A stretch of 64,000 nucleotides of DNA from Heterodontus francisci (lineage: Eukaryota). The number at the start of each line of letters is the position of its first letter. Within the stretch, counting starts at the first letter, position 1. The notes under the pieces are model-generated. The model was not told the origin of the DNA, did no database searches, and worked only from the letters and a program-made list of their open reading frames with translations. The stretch spans positions 99,690,762 to 99,754,761 of the forward strand of contig NC_090374.1 in the NCBI RefSeq assembly GCF_036365525.1, read 5' to 3'. A program made the position numbers and the translations under genes. Below are positions 13,601 to 27,064 of the stretch, one piece after another.

Positions 13601-14262
13601 TACAGCAATACACACAGTATCTGTAATAAAACAGGGGAACCTGAGGTAATATGTTGTGAGGAACCAGATATAGTAAGGATTACTGAGATATAGCTACAGA
13701 AAAAGCAAGACTGGGAATTAAACATTGCAGGATAAACATATTTAGAAAAGATAGAGACATGTTACTTAGTGGAAATAACAATGGTTGTAGAAAAAAGTGA
13801 CAGCCATCAGTATATGAAATAGATTGCATATGGATAGAGATAAAAGATAATAAAGGATCAATCACACTAAATGGAGTAGTGGATAGCGGAATGGTGTTCC
13901 TACAATGTGTACAGGACTGCATTCTAATCCAACAAAGGAGGATTCACTACTAGATCTAGTAACGAGGAGCAGATAAGAGAAGTAAAAGTAGGGAACATCT
14001 AGACAATAGTGACCATAATATAATACGGTTTAAGATAATAATTGAGAAGGACATAAACGTGACAAAGATCAGAGTAATAGATTGGAGAAAAGGTGCTTTT
14101 GAGGAACTGAAAATAGAATTTGGGAAAATAAAATGTGCACAGATATTGGCAACCATTGATGAAGAAAGGCAATGGGAAACATTTAAAATCGTGTTCAACA
14201 GAGTCCAGAAAAAAAATATTCCACTAAAAAACGAGAACAAATTAAACAATAATGAGGCACCA

Positions 14263-14975
14263 CCGGCAGGATTTTCTGTTTGGTGTCAGGACCCTGACAT
14301 CAGGATCAAATATGGGTTCTGACCTCAAACCATGTAGGGTTGGCCTGTTAGTGGTCAGAGAGCAAGCTCGCCATCCAATTAAGGACAGCAAGTGGGCACT
14401 GTGAGCTGGAGGGCCAACAGGAGGCTCTCCAATGCTGAAGGAGCAGCAGCCTGCCATTGAGGTAAGGGGGGGGGGGGGGGGGGGGGAGAGAGAGGGTACC
14501 TTCATATTGAGGCACCCTTTCAGCACTGCTTACAAAAATGAAAAGAAATGGCCACAGCTGCTGGACCACCATTTCAGAAGGTAAACCCCTTCACGGGGTA
14601 GTCTGCGACCACAGCTCCAACCAGGTAGGTATGGTAGGGCAAGGGGCTCAAAGTGATCCTGGAGTGCTGGCCACCCCCTGCATTCCCCGAGTCTGATGCT
14701 GGGAGGGCTACCTCTAATCATCTCCTGGACTTTGGATGCTGCGGGGCACCAGGAGACCACCTGAAAAGTTTGTCGGCCTCTGATCAGTTCCCTTAATTGG
14801 CCTTTTAATTGAGTAAACAAGCTACCCGCTGCTTGCCCTTCTGTACTTGATTTGGCCTCCAGGAAAACAGCCGGGAGTTGGGATCATGGCGGGGAATCGG
14901 CATGCTGGCTAGCGTCAGCAAACTCGGCGCCTGTCCACCTCCGTTCCTGCCCCCATATTGACACCAATATCCTAC
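14263..14975. mobile_element. GC-rich non-autonomous DNA-transposon-like insert
   Basis: Sharp GC shift inside an AT-rich CR1; shares ccaattaag and ggattttc motifs with other GC-rich inserts in the window. Confidence 0.5.
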
Positions 14976-16080
14976 CCCGTGGATGAATAAAGATACAAGG
15001 AAAAAATCAAGGGTAAGGAAAGAACCATACAATAAGAACATGGGCAACAGGAGAGAGCATGATCAGGGAGAATATGAAGAGATTAGGAAAGAAGTTTTAA
15101 AAATAAAGAAAGCAAAGAGAAAATATGAACTTAAATTATCAAGTAACATTAAAAGAAAGTAAAATATTTTACAGGCACATAGATTTTAAAAAAAGGTAAG
15201 TTGGAATGGTAAAAGGGCCACTAAGGGACGGACAGGATAAAATCTCAGGCAGCAGTAGTGAAATAACAAATAGTGAGTAATTATTTTGCCTCTGTATTTA
15301 GCAAGGAAATGGAAGATGAGATTAGAAATGATATGATCACATTTAAACTGAAGAGGAAAAATATTAAATTAACTGATCAAACTCAAGGAAGATAAAAACC
15401 CCTGATCTGGATGGTTCACATCCACGAATTTTAAAAGGCTCCAGGGAAGAGATAGCAGAGGCACTGTTACACACATTTGATAATTAAATAGAACATGTCT
15501 AGGGAATGATTAATCAGTCAGCTTAACATGGGAAGATAATGAAATTCCTACTAAAGAAGAAAATAGAAACTCATATGGAAACCAAAGATATAATGAATAG
15601 TCAATACGAATTTCAAAAGGGAACATCTTGCTTGATCTACCTCATTAAATTTTTAGAGATAACAGATGGTACTCAAGGGTAATGTTGTAAATCTAATGTC
15701 CAAAAGGCCTTTTGATAAGACACCACATAATAGACTAATGGATAAGGTCAGAGCATGAGGAATCTGGATAGTTAGCTGTCTGCAAGACACAGAGCAGATA
15801 GTAGGGGTAAAGGTTAGCTATTCAGAGTACCATAATGGAAAGTGGGATCCCACAAGGATCAGTGCTGGAACTAATGTTCACAATTTATACCAACGATTTC
15901 GACTTGGAATCAGAAATACAATTTCTAATTTGTGGAAGATACCAAATTAATGACCGGGGGGCTAGGGGTGGGGAAGAGGGTGAGGGAGATAATCAATACT
16001 GAGGAAAATTGTAACAAATTACAAGAAGACATTAATGAACTTGCAGAATGGGCATATAATTGGCAAATTAATTTTAATGT

Positions 16081-17158
16081 TGGCTTAGTGGCAGGGGGCA
16101 GCGGGTATTGGTCGAGGGTTGTTTTTGCGAGTGGAAGCCTGTGACTAGTAGTGTACCGCAGGGATCGGTGCTGGGACCCTTGCTGTTTGTAGTGTACATT
16201 AATGATTTAGACGTGAATATAGGCGGTATGATTAGTAAGTTTGCAGATGACACGAAAATTGGTGGTGTCGTAAATAGTGAGGAGGAAAGCCTTAGATTAC
16301 AGGACGATATAGATGGGCTGGTAAGATGGGCGGAGCAGTGACAAATGGAATTTAATCCTGAGAAATGTGAGGTGATGCATTTTGGGAGGACTAACAAGGC
16401 AAGGGAATATACAATGGATGGTAGGACCCTAGGAAGTACAGAGGGTCAGAGAGACCTTGGTGTACTTGTCCATAGATCACTGAAGGCAGCAGCACAGGTA
16501 GATAAGGTGGTTAGGAAGGCATATGGGATACTTGCCTTTATTAGCCAAGGCATAGAATATAAGAGCGGGGAGGTTATGATGGAGTTGTATAAAACGCTAG
16601 CTAGGCCACAGTTGGAGTACTGTGTACAGTTCTGGGCACCACACTATAGGAAGGATGTGATTGTACTGGAGAGGGTGCAGAGGAGATTCACCAGGATGTT
16701 GCCTGGGTTGGAGCATTTCAGCTATGAAGAGAGACTGGATAGGCTCGGGTTGTTTTCCTTGGAGCAGAGGAGGCTGAGGGGAGATATAAGTGAGGTATAC
16801 AAAATTATGAGGGGCATTGATAGGTTAGATAGGAAGAAACTTTTTCGCTTAGCGGAGGGGTCAATAACCAGGCGGCATACATTTAAGGTAAGGTGCAGGA
16901 GGTTTAGAGGGGATTTGAGGAAAAAAATTTTCACCCAATGGGTGGTTGGAATCTGGAACGCACTGCCTGAAGAGGTAGTAGAGGCAGGAACCCTCAACAT
17001 TTAAGAAGTATTTAGATGATTACTTGAAATGCCATAGCATACAAAGCTACGGGCCAAGAGCTGGAAAATGGGATTAGAATAGTTAAGTGCTTGATGGCCA
17101 GCACAGATACAATGGGCTGAAGGGCCTGTTTCTGTGCTGTATAATTCTATGACTCTAT
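16081..17158 (+). mobile_element. Young 5'-truncated CR1 LINE
   Basis: VPQGSVLGPLLF, FADDTK and RPQLEYCVQFWAP in one frame, with a single TGA at 16339-16341; intact 3' UTR and ctatgact tail. Confidence 0.92.
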
Positions 17159-17613
17159 AAGTGTGAAAGGTATTACATTTTGGTAAGAAAAATGAGGATG
17201 TTGCATGCTACTTGAAAAATAAGAATCTAAATGGGGTGAAAGATCAAAGTGATCAAGGAGTACTAATATACAAATCACTGCTCAAAGTAGTGATGCAGGT
17301 TAAGGCCAGAGAAAGAAAGAAAACAAGGCACTAGGGCTTATTTCTAAAGCAGTAGTACTGAAAAGTAGAGAAGTAATACTAAGTTTCTATCAAATTTTGG
17401 TTAAACCATATTTGGAGTACTGTGTACAGTTCTGGTTGCCATATTATGAAAAAATTATAGAGGCACTGAAGAGCATGCAAAAATATTTGCAAGGTTGATA
17501 CGTAATTGAGTTTATAACTATCAGAAAAGAATGAACAGCTGCTTGTTTTTTCTTTTGAAAAGAGAAGGCTAGGTGTTTAAAATTGTGAAAGGCTTGGATA
17601 GAGTAGATACATA

Positions 17614-18160
17614 GGGCTGAATCTTAATTCTCAAAAATGGGAGGGTTGGTGTTGGGTCAGAGGTTATACTTCAAAAAACCTGAAACAGGAAACTATGGTC
17701 CCTCTGACTTCTGTTTGCTGTGCATGGCTAGCTTATTGCACTGTGCGGTACCTTTAAGATTGACATGCAGCCACGCATGCACGCATCTTAAAGGGCATGT
17801 TGTTTGTGCGTGGCACATTTCTGATTTGCCGTGCAGCTTAGAAGGGATATTGACAGGACCCCAACCCGCCCCCCCTTGATGTTAACGGAGACGGAACAAG
17901 GGGCAAGCGGTCAGTCCACTTGCGAGAAGCGGGTTTGCTATTTCAATATTATAATGAGGCTGCCTGCCTTTTATTTTAAGTCATTCTATTTTCAAGTCGT
18001 GTCACCCAGGTTTCTCAGACCTCAGGAAACCTGGTAGCTGAAAGGAGGTGAGAAGGGCTGAATCCATAAGGTAAGTGCCCTTACAGCACTGTTATTGAGC
18101 AAGTGTGCTTCCTCCAGGCCCAACAGGCTACTAGTTAACACCCTTCCACCAGCCCTGGGA
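17614..18160. mobile_element. Harbinger-like MITE fragment
   Basis: Starts gggctgaatctta, the terminal motif shared with 51530 and 59597; right end not resolved. Confidence 0.5.
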
Positions 18161-18427
18161 ATTGATGTATTTAAAACAGCCAAATGAAGTTTGAGCAAAG
18201 TGGGTCACTAGAAATAGAAGCCTTTCTCCCTACGCTTTACTGTACATTGCGTCGAAGGTGAAGTATTAGATGATAGCCAGCATATACTTTTTAAAAAAAA
18301 AACAGTATTATAGTTTACCTGGATGTTTTATTCAATTTACATGCACAGCTTAATATATTTAGTTTTACATTGATCATAATAAAGTTAATAGCTTTCATCC
18401 AAGGTTTGAGTAAAAGTAAAAGAGAAT

Positions 18428-19155
18428 TTAACCATCTCCCTTTGACATTCAATGGCATTACCATCACTGAATCCCTCATCATCGACATTCTGGGGGTTAC
18501 CATTGACAAGAAACTTAACTGGACCAGCCACGTAAATACTGTGGCTACAAGAGCAGGTCAGAAGCTGGGAATTCTGCGACGAGTAATTCACTTCCGGACT
18601 CCTAATTCCTGTCCACTATCTACAAGGTATGAGTCAGGAGTGTGATGGAATACTCTCCACTTGCCTGGATGAGTGCAGCTCCAACAATACTCGAGCTTGA
18701 CACCATCCAGGACAAAGCATCCTGCTTGATCACCAATCCATCCACTACCTTAAACATTCACTACCTCCACCATCACCGCATAGTGGCAGCAGTGTGTACC
18801 ATATACAAGATGCACTGTAGCAACTCACCAAGCCTCCTTCGACAACATCTTTCACACTTGCGACCTCTACCATCGAGAAGGACAAGGGCAGCAGATGCAT
18901 AGGAACACAACCACCTGCAAGTTCCCCTCCAAGTCTCTCACCATTCTGTCTTGAGTCTCTATCGCCATTGGTTTACTTTCACTTGGTCAGTACCTGGAAC
19001 TCCCTTCCTAAAAGCACTGTGGGTGTACCTACACCAGATGGACTGCAGCGGTTCAAGAAGGCAACTCGCCAACACCTTCTCAAGGGCAATTGGGGATGGG
19101 CAACAAATGCTGGCCTTGCCAGCGACTCTTACATCCCATGAAAGAATAAAAAAAA
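18428..19155 (+). mobile_element. LINE 3' fragment, same family as 264-870
   Basis: ILGVTIDKKLNWTSHVN and MEYSPLAWMSAAPT; A-rich tail. Confidence 0.8.
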
Positions 19156-19339
19156 ACTCATGAGTGCTACAAGCGTGAATCAGTTATGTTGCTGTTCTAA
19201 TGAAAGAGCCCCTAGAACGCGCTGTTATTATTGATGCACTGTATTTATTTCACAGGAGACAGTAGCTCCAATAATTTTACAAGCCATTAGATTTTTGCGT
19301 TCATCGGTTAAAGGGCAATTCATATTCATATATACATGC

Positions 19340-19899
19340 CAATTAGAAAGAGACAGAGGAGCACATCTTTAGGGAAGTCAAAGATGTACAAGACCTGTAG
19401 AGTGGTGATATTGGGGAATGTTAATTACCCAAATATCGATTGGGATAATGTTAGAGTAAAGGTTAAGTGGGGGTGGGGGGGCGTGGAATTTCTGAAACGT
19501 GTTCAGGAGAGCTTTTTTGACCAGTATGTTCTTGGTCCAACTAGGAAGGAGGCATTGCTAGATCTGGGGCTGTGGAATGAGGTGAGCCAAGTGGATCAAG
19601 TGTCTGTTGGGGAACACTTGGGTAAGAATGATCATTGTATCATTAGGCTTAGATTAGTAATGGAGAAGAGCAAGGAAGAATTTTAACTAGAACTTCTAAA
19701 TTGGAGGAGGGCTAACTTCAATAGTGAGTGGGGATATAGCAAGGGTAAAAAGGAACCAAAGACTGAGGAGAAAAACTGTAACAGAACAATGGGTGATCTT
19801 TAAGAAGGAGATACTTCAAATATAGCCTAGGTACATGCCAACAAGGGCAAAATATAGGGGAATCAAAGCCAGGGCTCCTTGGATAATGAGGGAAATCGA
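19340..19899 (+). mobile_element. CR1 endonuclease fragment
   Basis: VVILGNVNYPNIDW, PTRKEALLDL, HLGKNDHCII (APE endonuclease motifs). Confidence 0.8.
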
Positions 19900-20315
19900 G
19901 GGCTGAATTTTCTGGGCCCCCGATGAATGGAGGCAGGGTCTGGATGGGTGGGGTCGGCCCATAAAATAGTTGGGGAAAGTGTGGGGTGGAGCACTCCTTC
20001 CAATTCAGTCTGGGGTGGGGAAGGCCTACCTGCCCCAAGCCTATTGAGGTCCTTAAGTGGACATTAATGGTCCACTTAAGGGCTTCTTCCTGCCTCCATC
20101 TCAATTTAATGGAAGGTGGAAGAGCCCACCAGTGTGGGGAGATGCTGCCAGGTCAAACCTGGCAGCCTGCAAGCAGGATCGGGGTGGGGCTTCTGTCCTT
20201 TGGGGGTATTCCATTGCCACCCTAGAGAGCCCCTACTTGGCAATTGCTGCCTCTTTCCCCCCCCCCCCCCCTGCCCCCACAACTATCCCCCCACCCCCTT
20301 CCCGGCCCACCCAGA
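19900..20315. mobile_element. Harbinger-like MITE, truncated
   Basis: Starts gggctgaattttc; GC-rich body. Confidence 0.55.
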
Positions 20316-20316
20316 A

Positions 20317-22977
20317 AATCACAGAATTGTTACAGCACAGAAGGAGGCCATTCGGTCCATCATATCTGTGCTGGCTCTCGGGGGAGCAATTTACCTAGTG
20401 CCGCTCCCCCAACTTCTCCCCATAGCCCTGCACATTCTTTTCAGATAACAATCCAATTCCCTCTTGAATGCTGTGATTGAACCTGCCTACACCACACTCA
20501 GGCAGTGCATTCATACAAACATACGAATTAGAAGCAGGAGTAGACCACTCGGCCCTTCGAGCCTGCTCTGCCATTCAGTAAGTTCATGGCTGAACTGATT
20601 ACTCCACATTTCCACCTACCCCCAATAACCTTCCACCCCCTTGCTTATCAAGAATCTACCTACATCTGCCTTAAAAATATTCAAACACTCTGCTTCCATC
20701 GCCTTTTGAGGAAGAGAATTCTAAAGACTCACTACCTTCTGAGAAAAAATTTCTCCTCATCTCTGTCCTAAACGGGCGACCCCTTATTTTTAAACTGACC
20801 CCTAGTACTGGATTCTGCCACATTGGGAAATATCCTTTCTGCATCCACCCTGTCAAGACCCCTCAGGATCTTGTGTTTCAATCAAGTCACCTCTTACTCT
20901 TCTAAATTCCAGCAGATTCTTAGCCTGTCCAATCTTTCCTCATAAGACAGCCCGTCCATTCCAGGTATTAGTCTAGTAAACCTTCTCTGTACTGCCTCCA
21001 ACACATTTACATCCTTTAAATAAGGAGACCAGTACTGTACACAGTACTCCAGATGTGGTCTCACCAATGCCCTGTATAGCTGAAGTATAACCTCCCTACT
21101 TCCATATTCAATTCCTTCACGATAAACAATAACATTCTATTAGCTTTCCTAATTACGTGCTGTACCTGCATGCTAACCTTTTGTGATTCATGCACTAGGA
21201 CACCCAGATCCCTCTGGATCTCAGAGCTCTGCAATCTCTCACCATTTAGATAATATGCTTTTTTATAATTCTTCCTTCCAAAGTGGACAATTACACACTT
21301 TCCCATATTATACTCCATTTGCCAGGTCTTTGCCCACTCACTTAACCTATCTATATCCCTTTGTAGCCCCCTTATGTCCTCTTCACAAGTTACTTTCCTA
21401 CCTATCTTTGTGGTATCAGCAAATTTAGCAACCAAACCATCGGTCCGTTCATCTAAGTCATTTATATAAATTGTAAAAGGTTGAGGCCCCAACACAGCTC
21501 CCTGTGGCACACCACTCGTTACATCTTGCCAACCAGAAAATGTTCATTTATGCCTACTCTGTTTCTTGTTAGCTAGCCAATCTTCTATCCATGCCAATAT
21601 GTTACCCCCTACACCATGAGCTTTTGTTTTCTGCAAAAACCTTCGTAGTGGCGCCTTATCAAATGCCTTCTGGAAATCTAAGTACAATACATCTACCGGT
21701 TCCCCTTTATCCACAGCACATGTAACTCCCCCAAAGAACTCCAATATTGGTTAAACATGATTTCCCTTTCACAAAACCATGTTGACTCTGCCTGATTACC
21801 TTTGAATTTTTCTAAATGCCCTGCTATAACGTCTTTAATAGCTTCTAACATTTCCCCAAGACAGATGTCAAGCTAACTGGCCTGTAGTTTCCTGCTTTCT
21901 GTCTCCCTCCCTTTTTGAATAAAGGAGTTACATTCACTATTTTCCAATCTAATGGAACCTTCCCCGAATCTAGGGAATTTCGGAAAATTAAAACTAACGC
22001 ATCAACTATCTCACCAGCCACTTCCTTTAACACCCTAGGATGAAGTCCATCAGGACCTGGGGACTGGTCAGCCCACAGCTCCAACAATTTGTTCAGTACC
22101 ACTTCCCTGGTGATTGTAATTTTCTTGAGTCCCTCCCTCCCTTCCATTTCCTGACTTTCAGCTAATACTGAGATGTTACTTGTATCCTTAATAGTGAAGA
22201 CTGTGCAAAATATCTGTTCAATTTATCTGCCACCTCCTTATTATCCATTATTAATTCCCAGGCTCACTTTTTATAGGACCAACGCTCACTTTGTTAACTC
22301 TTTTTAAAATATCTATTGAAATTCTTACTATCTGTCTCTATATTTCTAGCTAGCTTTCTTTCGTACTCTAATTTTACTTTCCTTATCAATATTTTAGTCG
22401 TTCTTTGCTGTTTTTTATATTCTGTCCAATCTTCTGACCAGCCTCCCATCTTTGCACAATTATAGGCCTTTTCTTTAAGTTTGATACTATCTTTAACTGT
22501 TTTAGTTAACCACGGATAGTGGGTCCCACCCTTGGAATTTTTCTTTCTCATTGAAATGTCTATTCATGTATTCTGAAATATCCCCTTAAATGTCTGCCAC
22601 TGCATCTCTATTGACCTATCCCTTAACTTAATTTGCCAGTTCACTTTAGCTAGCTCTGCTTTCATGCCCTCATAATTGCCCTTATTTAAGTTTAAAATAC
22701 TCATCTTGGACCCACGCTTCTCTCCCTCAAACTGAATGTAAAATTCAATCATATTCCAGATCCTAATCGCTCGCTGCGTGAAAAAGTTTTTACTCGTGTC
22801 GGCATTGCTTCTTTTGCCAGTTACCTTAAATATGTGCCCTCTTGTTCTCCACCAATGGGAACAGTTTTTCCCTATCTACTTTGTCCAGACCCCTCATGAT
22901 TTTGAATACCTCTATCAAATCCTCTCTCAACCTTCTCTTAAAGGAAAACTTTCCAACTTCTCCAATCTCTCTGCATA
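20317..22977 (-). mobile_element. Nested CR1s: outer 3' fragment (20317-20511 and 22753-22977) split by a 2.2-kb inner CR1 (20512-22752)
   Basis: The outer sequence ggcagtgcattc|cagatcc rejoins across the insert; the inner copy has SPGPDGLHPRVLKE, YLDFQKAFDK, FADTTK and a catacaaa tail. Confidence 0.88.
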
Positions 22978-23395
22978 ATTTAAGATTGTCAGTTGGGCTT
23001 GCAGTGTGGCTCATTTGTGCATACTAGAAGCTACATATATTAATACACAGGGCCCTGTTCTTTGCTAACAAAAAGAACATGTACACACATTGTGCCTGTT
23101 TCAGCTAAACAAAATAAATGATAGCCATTCGCTGGTTCATTCCTCAGGGTAATGCCTTGACCAGTCAGAGCCAAGCTACCTGGTTTAAATTTCCAGCAAA
23201 GCTTGGCAGTTAACTGTCAGTCACCATAAACTGGTGCATTCTCCATGGCAACGTCTCTACCAATCAGAGTCCACTTGCCAACCAATCAGCACTCTCCTCA
23301 TACAGTGTAAATTTGTTGTTTCCCTTATTTCTTTCAAATTGTCCTGATGAGTGCAAGATGAAAAGCTTAGACAAAATGTCTCTATTTTCAGCAAT
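22978..23395 (+). mobile_element. Penelope-like element 3' fragment (GIY-YIG C-terminus and pLTR with hammerhead)
   Basis: From 22979 reads FKIVSWACSVAHLCILEATYINTQGPVLC*QKEHVHTLCLF, similar to the LEAxxI end of PLE endonucleases; hammerhead core at 23344. Confidence 0.75.
23339..23374 (+). ncRNA. Minimal type I hammerhead ribozyme motif
   Basis: ttgtc-CTGATGA-gt gcaag at-GAAA-agct-TA-gacaa: 5-bp stem I, intact core and palindromic stem III. Confidence 0.75.
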
Positions 23396-24335
23396 GCTCT
23401 CTCTTTGCTTCTCTGATTTGCTTTTTCACTTTCCCTCTAAACCTTCCATATTCAGCCTGGTTCTCGGTTGTATTATCCACCTGACATCTATCACACTTTT
23501 TCTTCATCTTAATCCATCTCTTTCATCATCCAGGGAGTTCTGGATTTGTTTGCCCTATCTTTCGCCTTCGTGGGAATATACTTTAACTGTGCCTGAACTA
23601 TCTCCTCTTTAAAGGCAGCCCATTGTTCATTTACAGTTTTGCCTGCCAACCTTTGATTCCAATTTATCTGGGTCAGATCCATCCTTAACCCATTGAAATT
23701 GGCTTTCCCCCAGTTAATTATTCTTACTCTAGATTGTTGTTTGTCCTTTTCCATAGTTAACCGAAACCTTATGATAAAATGATCACTGTCCTCTAAATGT
23801 TTCCCCACTGACACTTGATCCACTTGGCCCACCTCATTCTCAAGAACCAGCTCTTAGCAGTGCCTCCTTTCTTGAGGGAAACATACTGCTATAGAAAATT
23901 TTCCTGAACACGCCCTAGGAACTCTTGCCCCTCTCAGCCATTTACACTACTGCTTTCCCAGTCTATATTTGGATAATTAAAGTCCCCATTATAACTACTC
24001 TATTATTCTTGCATCTCTCTGTAATTTCCTTGCAAATTTATTCCTCTACATCTTTCCCACTAGTTGGTGGTCTATAGACTACACCGAGCAATGTAATTGC
24101 ACCTTTTTTATTCCTTAGCTCTAGCCAAATAGATTCTGCCCTTAACCCCTCTGGGACATCCTCCCTCTCCAGCATGGCAATGTTCTCCTTAATCATTACT
24201 GCCACCCCTTCCTCTTTCCTTCCTTTCCTATCTTTCCTAAACACCTTGTATCCAGGAATATTTAATGCACAGTCTTGCCCTTCTTTGAGCTAGGTCTCTG
24301 TTACAGCCACAACATTACATTTCCACATGGCAGTC
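23396..24335 (-). mobile_element. CR1 endonuclease-region fragment
   Basis: FRKDRKGRK, ESIWLELRN, GVVYRPP, HLEDSDHFII. Confidence 0.85.
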
Positions 24336-24344
24336 TATTTCTTC

Positions 24345-25340
24345 CAGGGTTGTCTCCTGTTTTCGTACTGCAGGGGAGGTACCAGAAGTTTGGAGAGTGG
24401 CAAATGTGATACCCTTATTCAGGAAAGGGTGTAAGGACACTCCTAGAAAGTACAGGCTAGTCAGATTAACTTGACTGGAGGAGGTATGATTAAGAAGTTT
24501 GCAGTCGATACAAAAATTGGCCATGTGATTGATAATGAAGAAGAAAGCTGTAGACTACAGGAAGATATCAATGGACTAGTCAAGTGGGCAGAACAGTGAC
24601 AAATGTTCAGTCTGGAGAATTGTGAGATAATGCATTTGGGGAAGGCTAATTAGGCAAGGGAATACACAAAAAATGGTAGGGTACTGAGAAGTGTAGGAGA
24701 GCCGAAGGACTTTGCAGTGCATGTCCACAGATCCCTGAAGGTGGCTGGACAGATACTAGCCTTTATTAGTCGAGGCATAGAATATAAGAGCAGGGAGGTT
24801 ATGCTGGACCTGTATAAAATACTGGTTAGGTCACAGCTGGAGTACTGCTTGCAGTTCTGGTCACCACATTATAGGCAAGGTGCGATTGTGCTAGAGAGGG
24901 TACAGGAGATTTACAAGGATGTTGCCGGGACTGGAGAATTTTCATTTTGAGGAAAGATTGGATAGGCTAGTGTTTTCTTTGGAACAGAGAAGGCTGAGGG
25001 GAGACCGAATTGAAGTGTGTAAATTATGAGAGGTCTAGAGTGGATAGAAGGCCCTTGTTTGAGGGGTCCATAACCAGGGGGAATAGATTTAGGTTAAGAG
25101 GTGGGAGTTTAGATGGGAATAGAGGGGAAATGTTTTCACCCAGAGTGGTGGGAATCAGGAACTCACTGCCTGAAAGGGTGGTAGAAGGCAGAAACCCTCA
25201 TAACATTTAAGAAGTACTTGGCTATGCACTTGAAGTGCCATTACCCATAAGGCTACAGATCAAGAGCTGGAAAGTGGGATTAGGTTGGATGGCTACTTGT
25301 TGGCTGGTGCTGACATGATGTGCTGAATGGCCTCCTTCCG
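24345..25340 (+). mobile_element. CR1 RT and 3' fragment with internal deletion
   Basis: GEVPEVWRVAN, RSQLEYCLQFWSPHYR, CR1 3' UTR. Confidence 0.85.
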
Positions 25341-25589
25341 TATGTAAATTTCTACGATCCTGATCAATGTAAAAGAGTTCCTTTTGTGCAGTTGTTGAAT
25401 AATTCCTGATGGTGAAATCAAATCAATTTACATGAATTTCTGAACTGAAAAGCTGTTAAAAGGAATGATGGGTAACGCAAAAATAACAAAGCATAACTGA
25501 AAAGTTATGAGTATACAAAGTTATAAAATCATAAGTTTCTCATCTGTGTAACATAGTATCCTTTCTCTGTTACCCCATGTAACAATTAG

Positions 25590-25769
25590 CCACATTTAAC
25601 TGTTGACAATCTGGAGAAGATTCATGACGAAAAAGGAAATAATCTACTGCACATTGCAGCCTCACAAGGACACCTTGAGTGTTTACAGCATCTGACTACC
25701 TTAATGGCAGAGGAATGCTTGACGGAGCGTAATAATGAGAAACTTACACCATCATCATTAGCTGTAAAG
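25590..25769 (+). CDS. SNCAIP: SNCAIP ankyrin exon, 180 nt (PHLTVDNLEKIHDEKGNNLLHIAASQGHLECL...LAVK)
   Basis: Acceptor aattag, donor AAG|gtaggt; ankyrin motif GNNLLHIAA; phase 0/0. Confidence 0.96.
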
Positions 25770-27064
25770 GTAGGTTGAATGTAAATTAACCAATAAGTGT
25801 TTGTAAACAATGTACATTAAATTTGGTAAAGGGGGCAAAACTGCTGGAAAAATATTTTGCTTCTTCCTCATGTTTTAAAATGTTTGGTTTTCTTCCTAAT
25901 GGGCCAGAGAGTAAACAGAACTAAGAGCATACCATTGCAGATGTATATGGTGGATTTATGAATAAGCAGTGTTGGATCATGATCCCAATATGAAGGATTG
26001 TTTCTGCGGGCAATGTTCCCCACTCCTTTTAAAGTATTTATGGTTTAATTTTCTTTTTTTTATTATCTTCTAATTTAGCTAGAGCATTTGCCACCTGTTA
26101 TAAGGACCTTTTTAACCATTTGGAACAGCTCAATATATCTCTGTTTTGCCTCTGATTTTTTTTCCTCCTCTTGCCCTGTAAGGAGTTACCATTTTCTTTC
26201 CTCAGTGCTTCCCTACAATGACATTGCTGAGACTAGGAGCTCAATGTAATGGGGAATACAAGTTTGTCGTTTCATTACTCTGACTGCTCTGTATTGATGT
26301 ACCCAATACTGTTGCACAACCCTGATCCCTTGCAATGTAGTTTTGATAATGTACTACTAGCTTGAAGTTAGCATATAAGTGAATGAGTTTTTCATGGATC
26401 ACATTGAGTGTATGGTGGAGAACCTCACTGTCATTAAATGAACCGTATCTCCGGGAAAATATAGCTCAACTGATCAGTTTGTGGCTTCCATAGAATTAAA
26501 TCAAAACTTTCTCAAAATGGATATGAATGTTATCAAACTTAAATGCTCCGATAAGTATTATTGCAAGTTTAGGATCAGCCTGGATATTCTCTCAGTACAG
26601 CAGCACTGGTCACTTGTGCACGTTGTCCAAGTATCTCGTGTTCAGGAATGTGCCCGCACTGTCAATATCTAATTTTGCAGTAGTGTAATCTGGGGTGTTA
26701 CAAGGACTCACTTGTGATCTGAATTCCATATTGTGTCTTTCGCGTGCTCTTATGTACGCTTTCCAATCTTCCCAAGGACATACTGAAATACTTGGTGATA
26801 CAAGACCAAATACAATTCATTAAATTAATTTATTTCGCAGATAGGATGTGAAAATACAGAGTAACCACTTCTTGTCTGTAAAATTCCACTTGCCTCAATT
26901 ATCTTTGGAAAAATAAGAAAATAAATTGCACCTTTTTAATGGGCTATTTTCTTTTTTTTGGTACTTTTCTTTCCAGACAGCAATTAATTGCAAAAACTGA
27001 CTGAGCATTTTAGCTCCCAGCTACACCTGCAGCTTGCAGACTCTTTTGTTCAAAAATTGAATAG

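Larger units (their letters stand above)
13640..17610 (+). mobile_element. Old CR1 LINE (endonuclease through RT C-terminus) hosting nested insertions
   Basis: Decayed endonuclease, PGPDG, QGSVLG and LEYCVQFW remnants in colinear order; interrupted at about 14263-14975 and 16081-17158. Confidence 0.75.

Noticed and set aside
16108-17004. Functional reverse transcriptase gene
   Set aside because: 5'-truncated CR1 with an internal stop; no complete ORF2 anywhere in the window.
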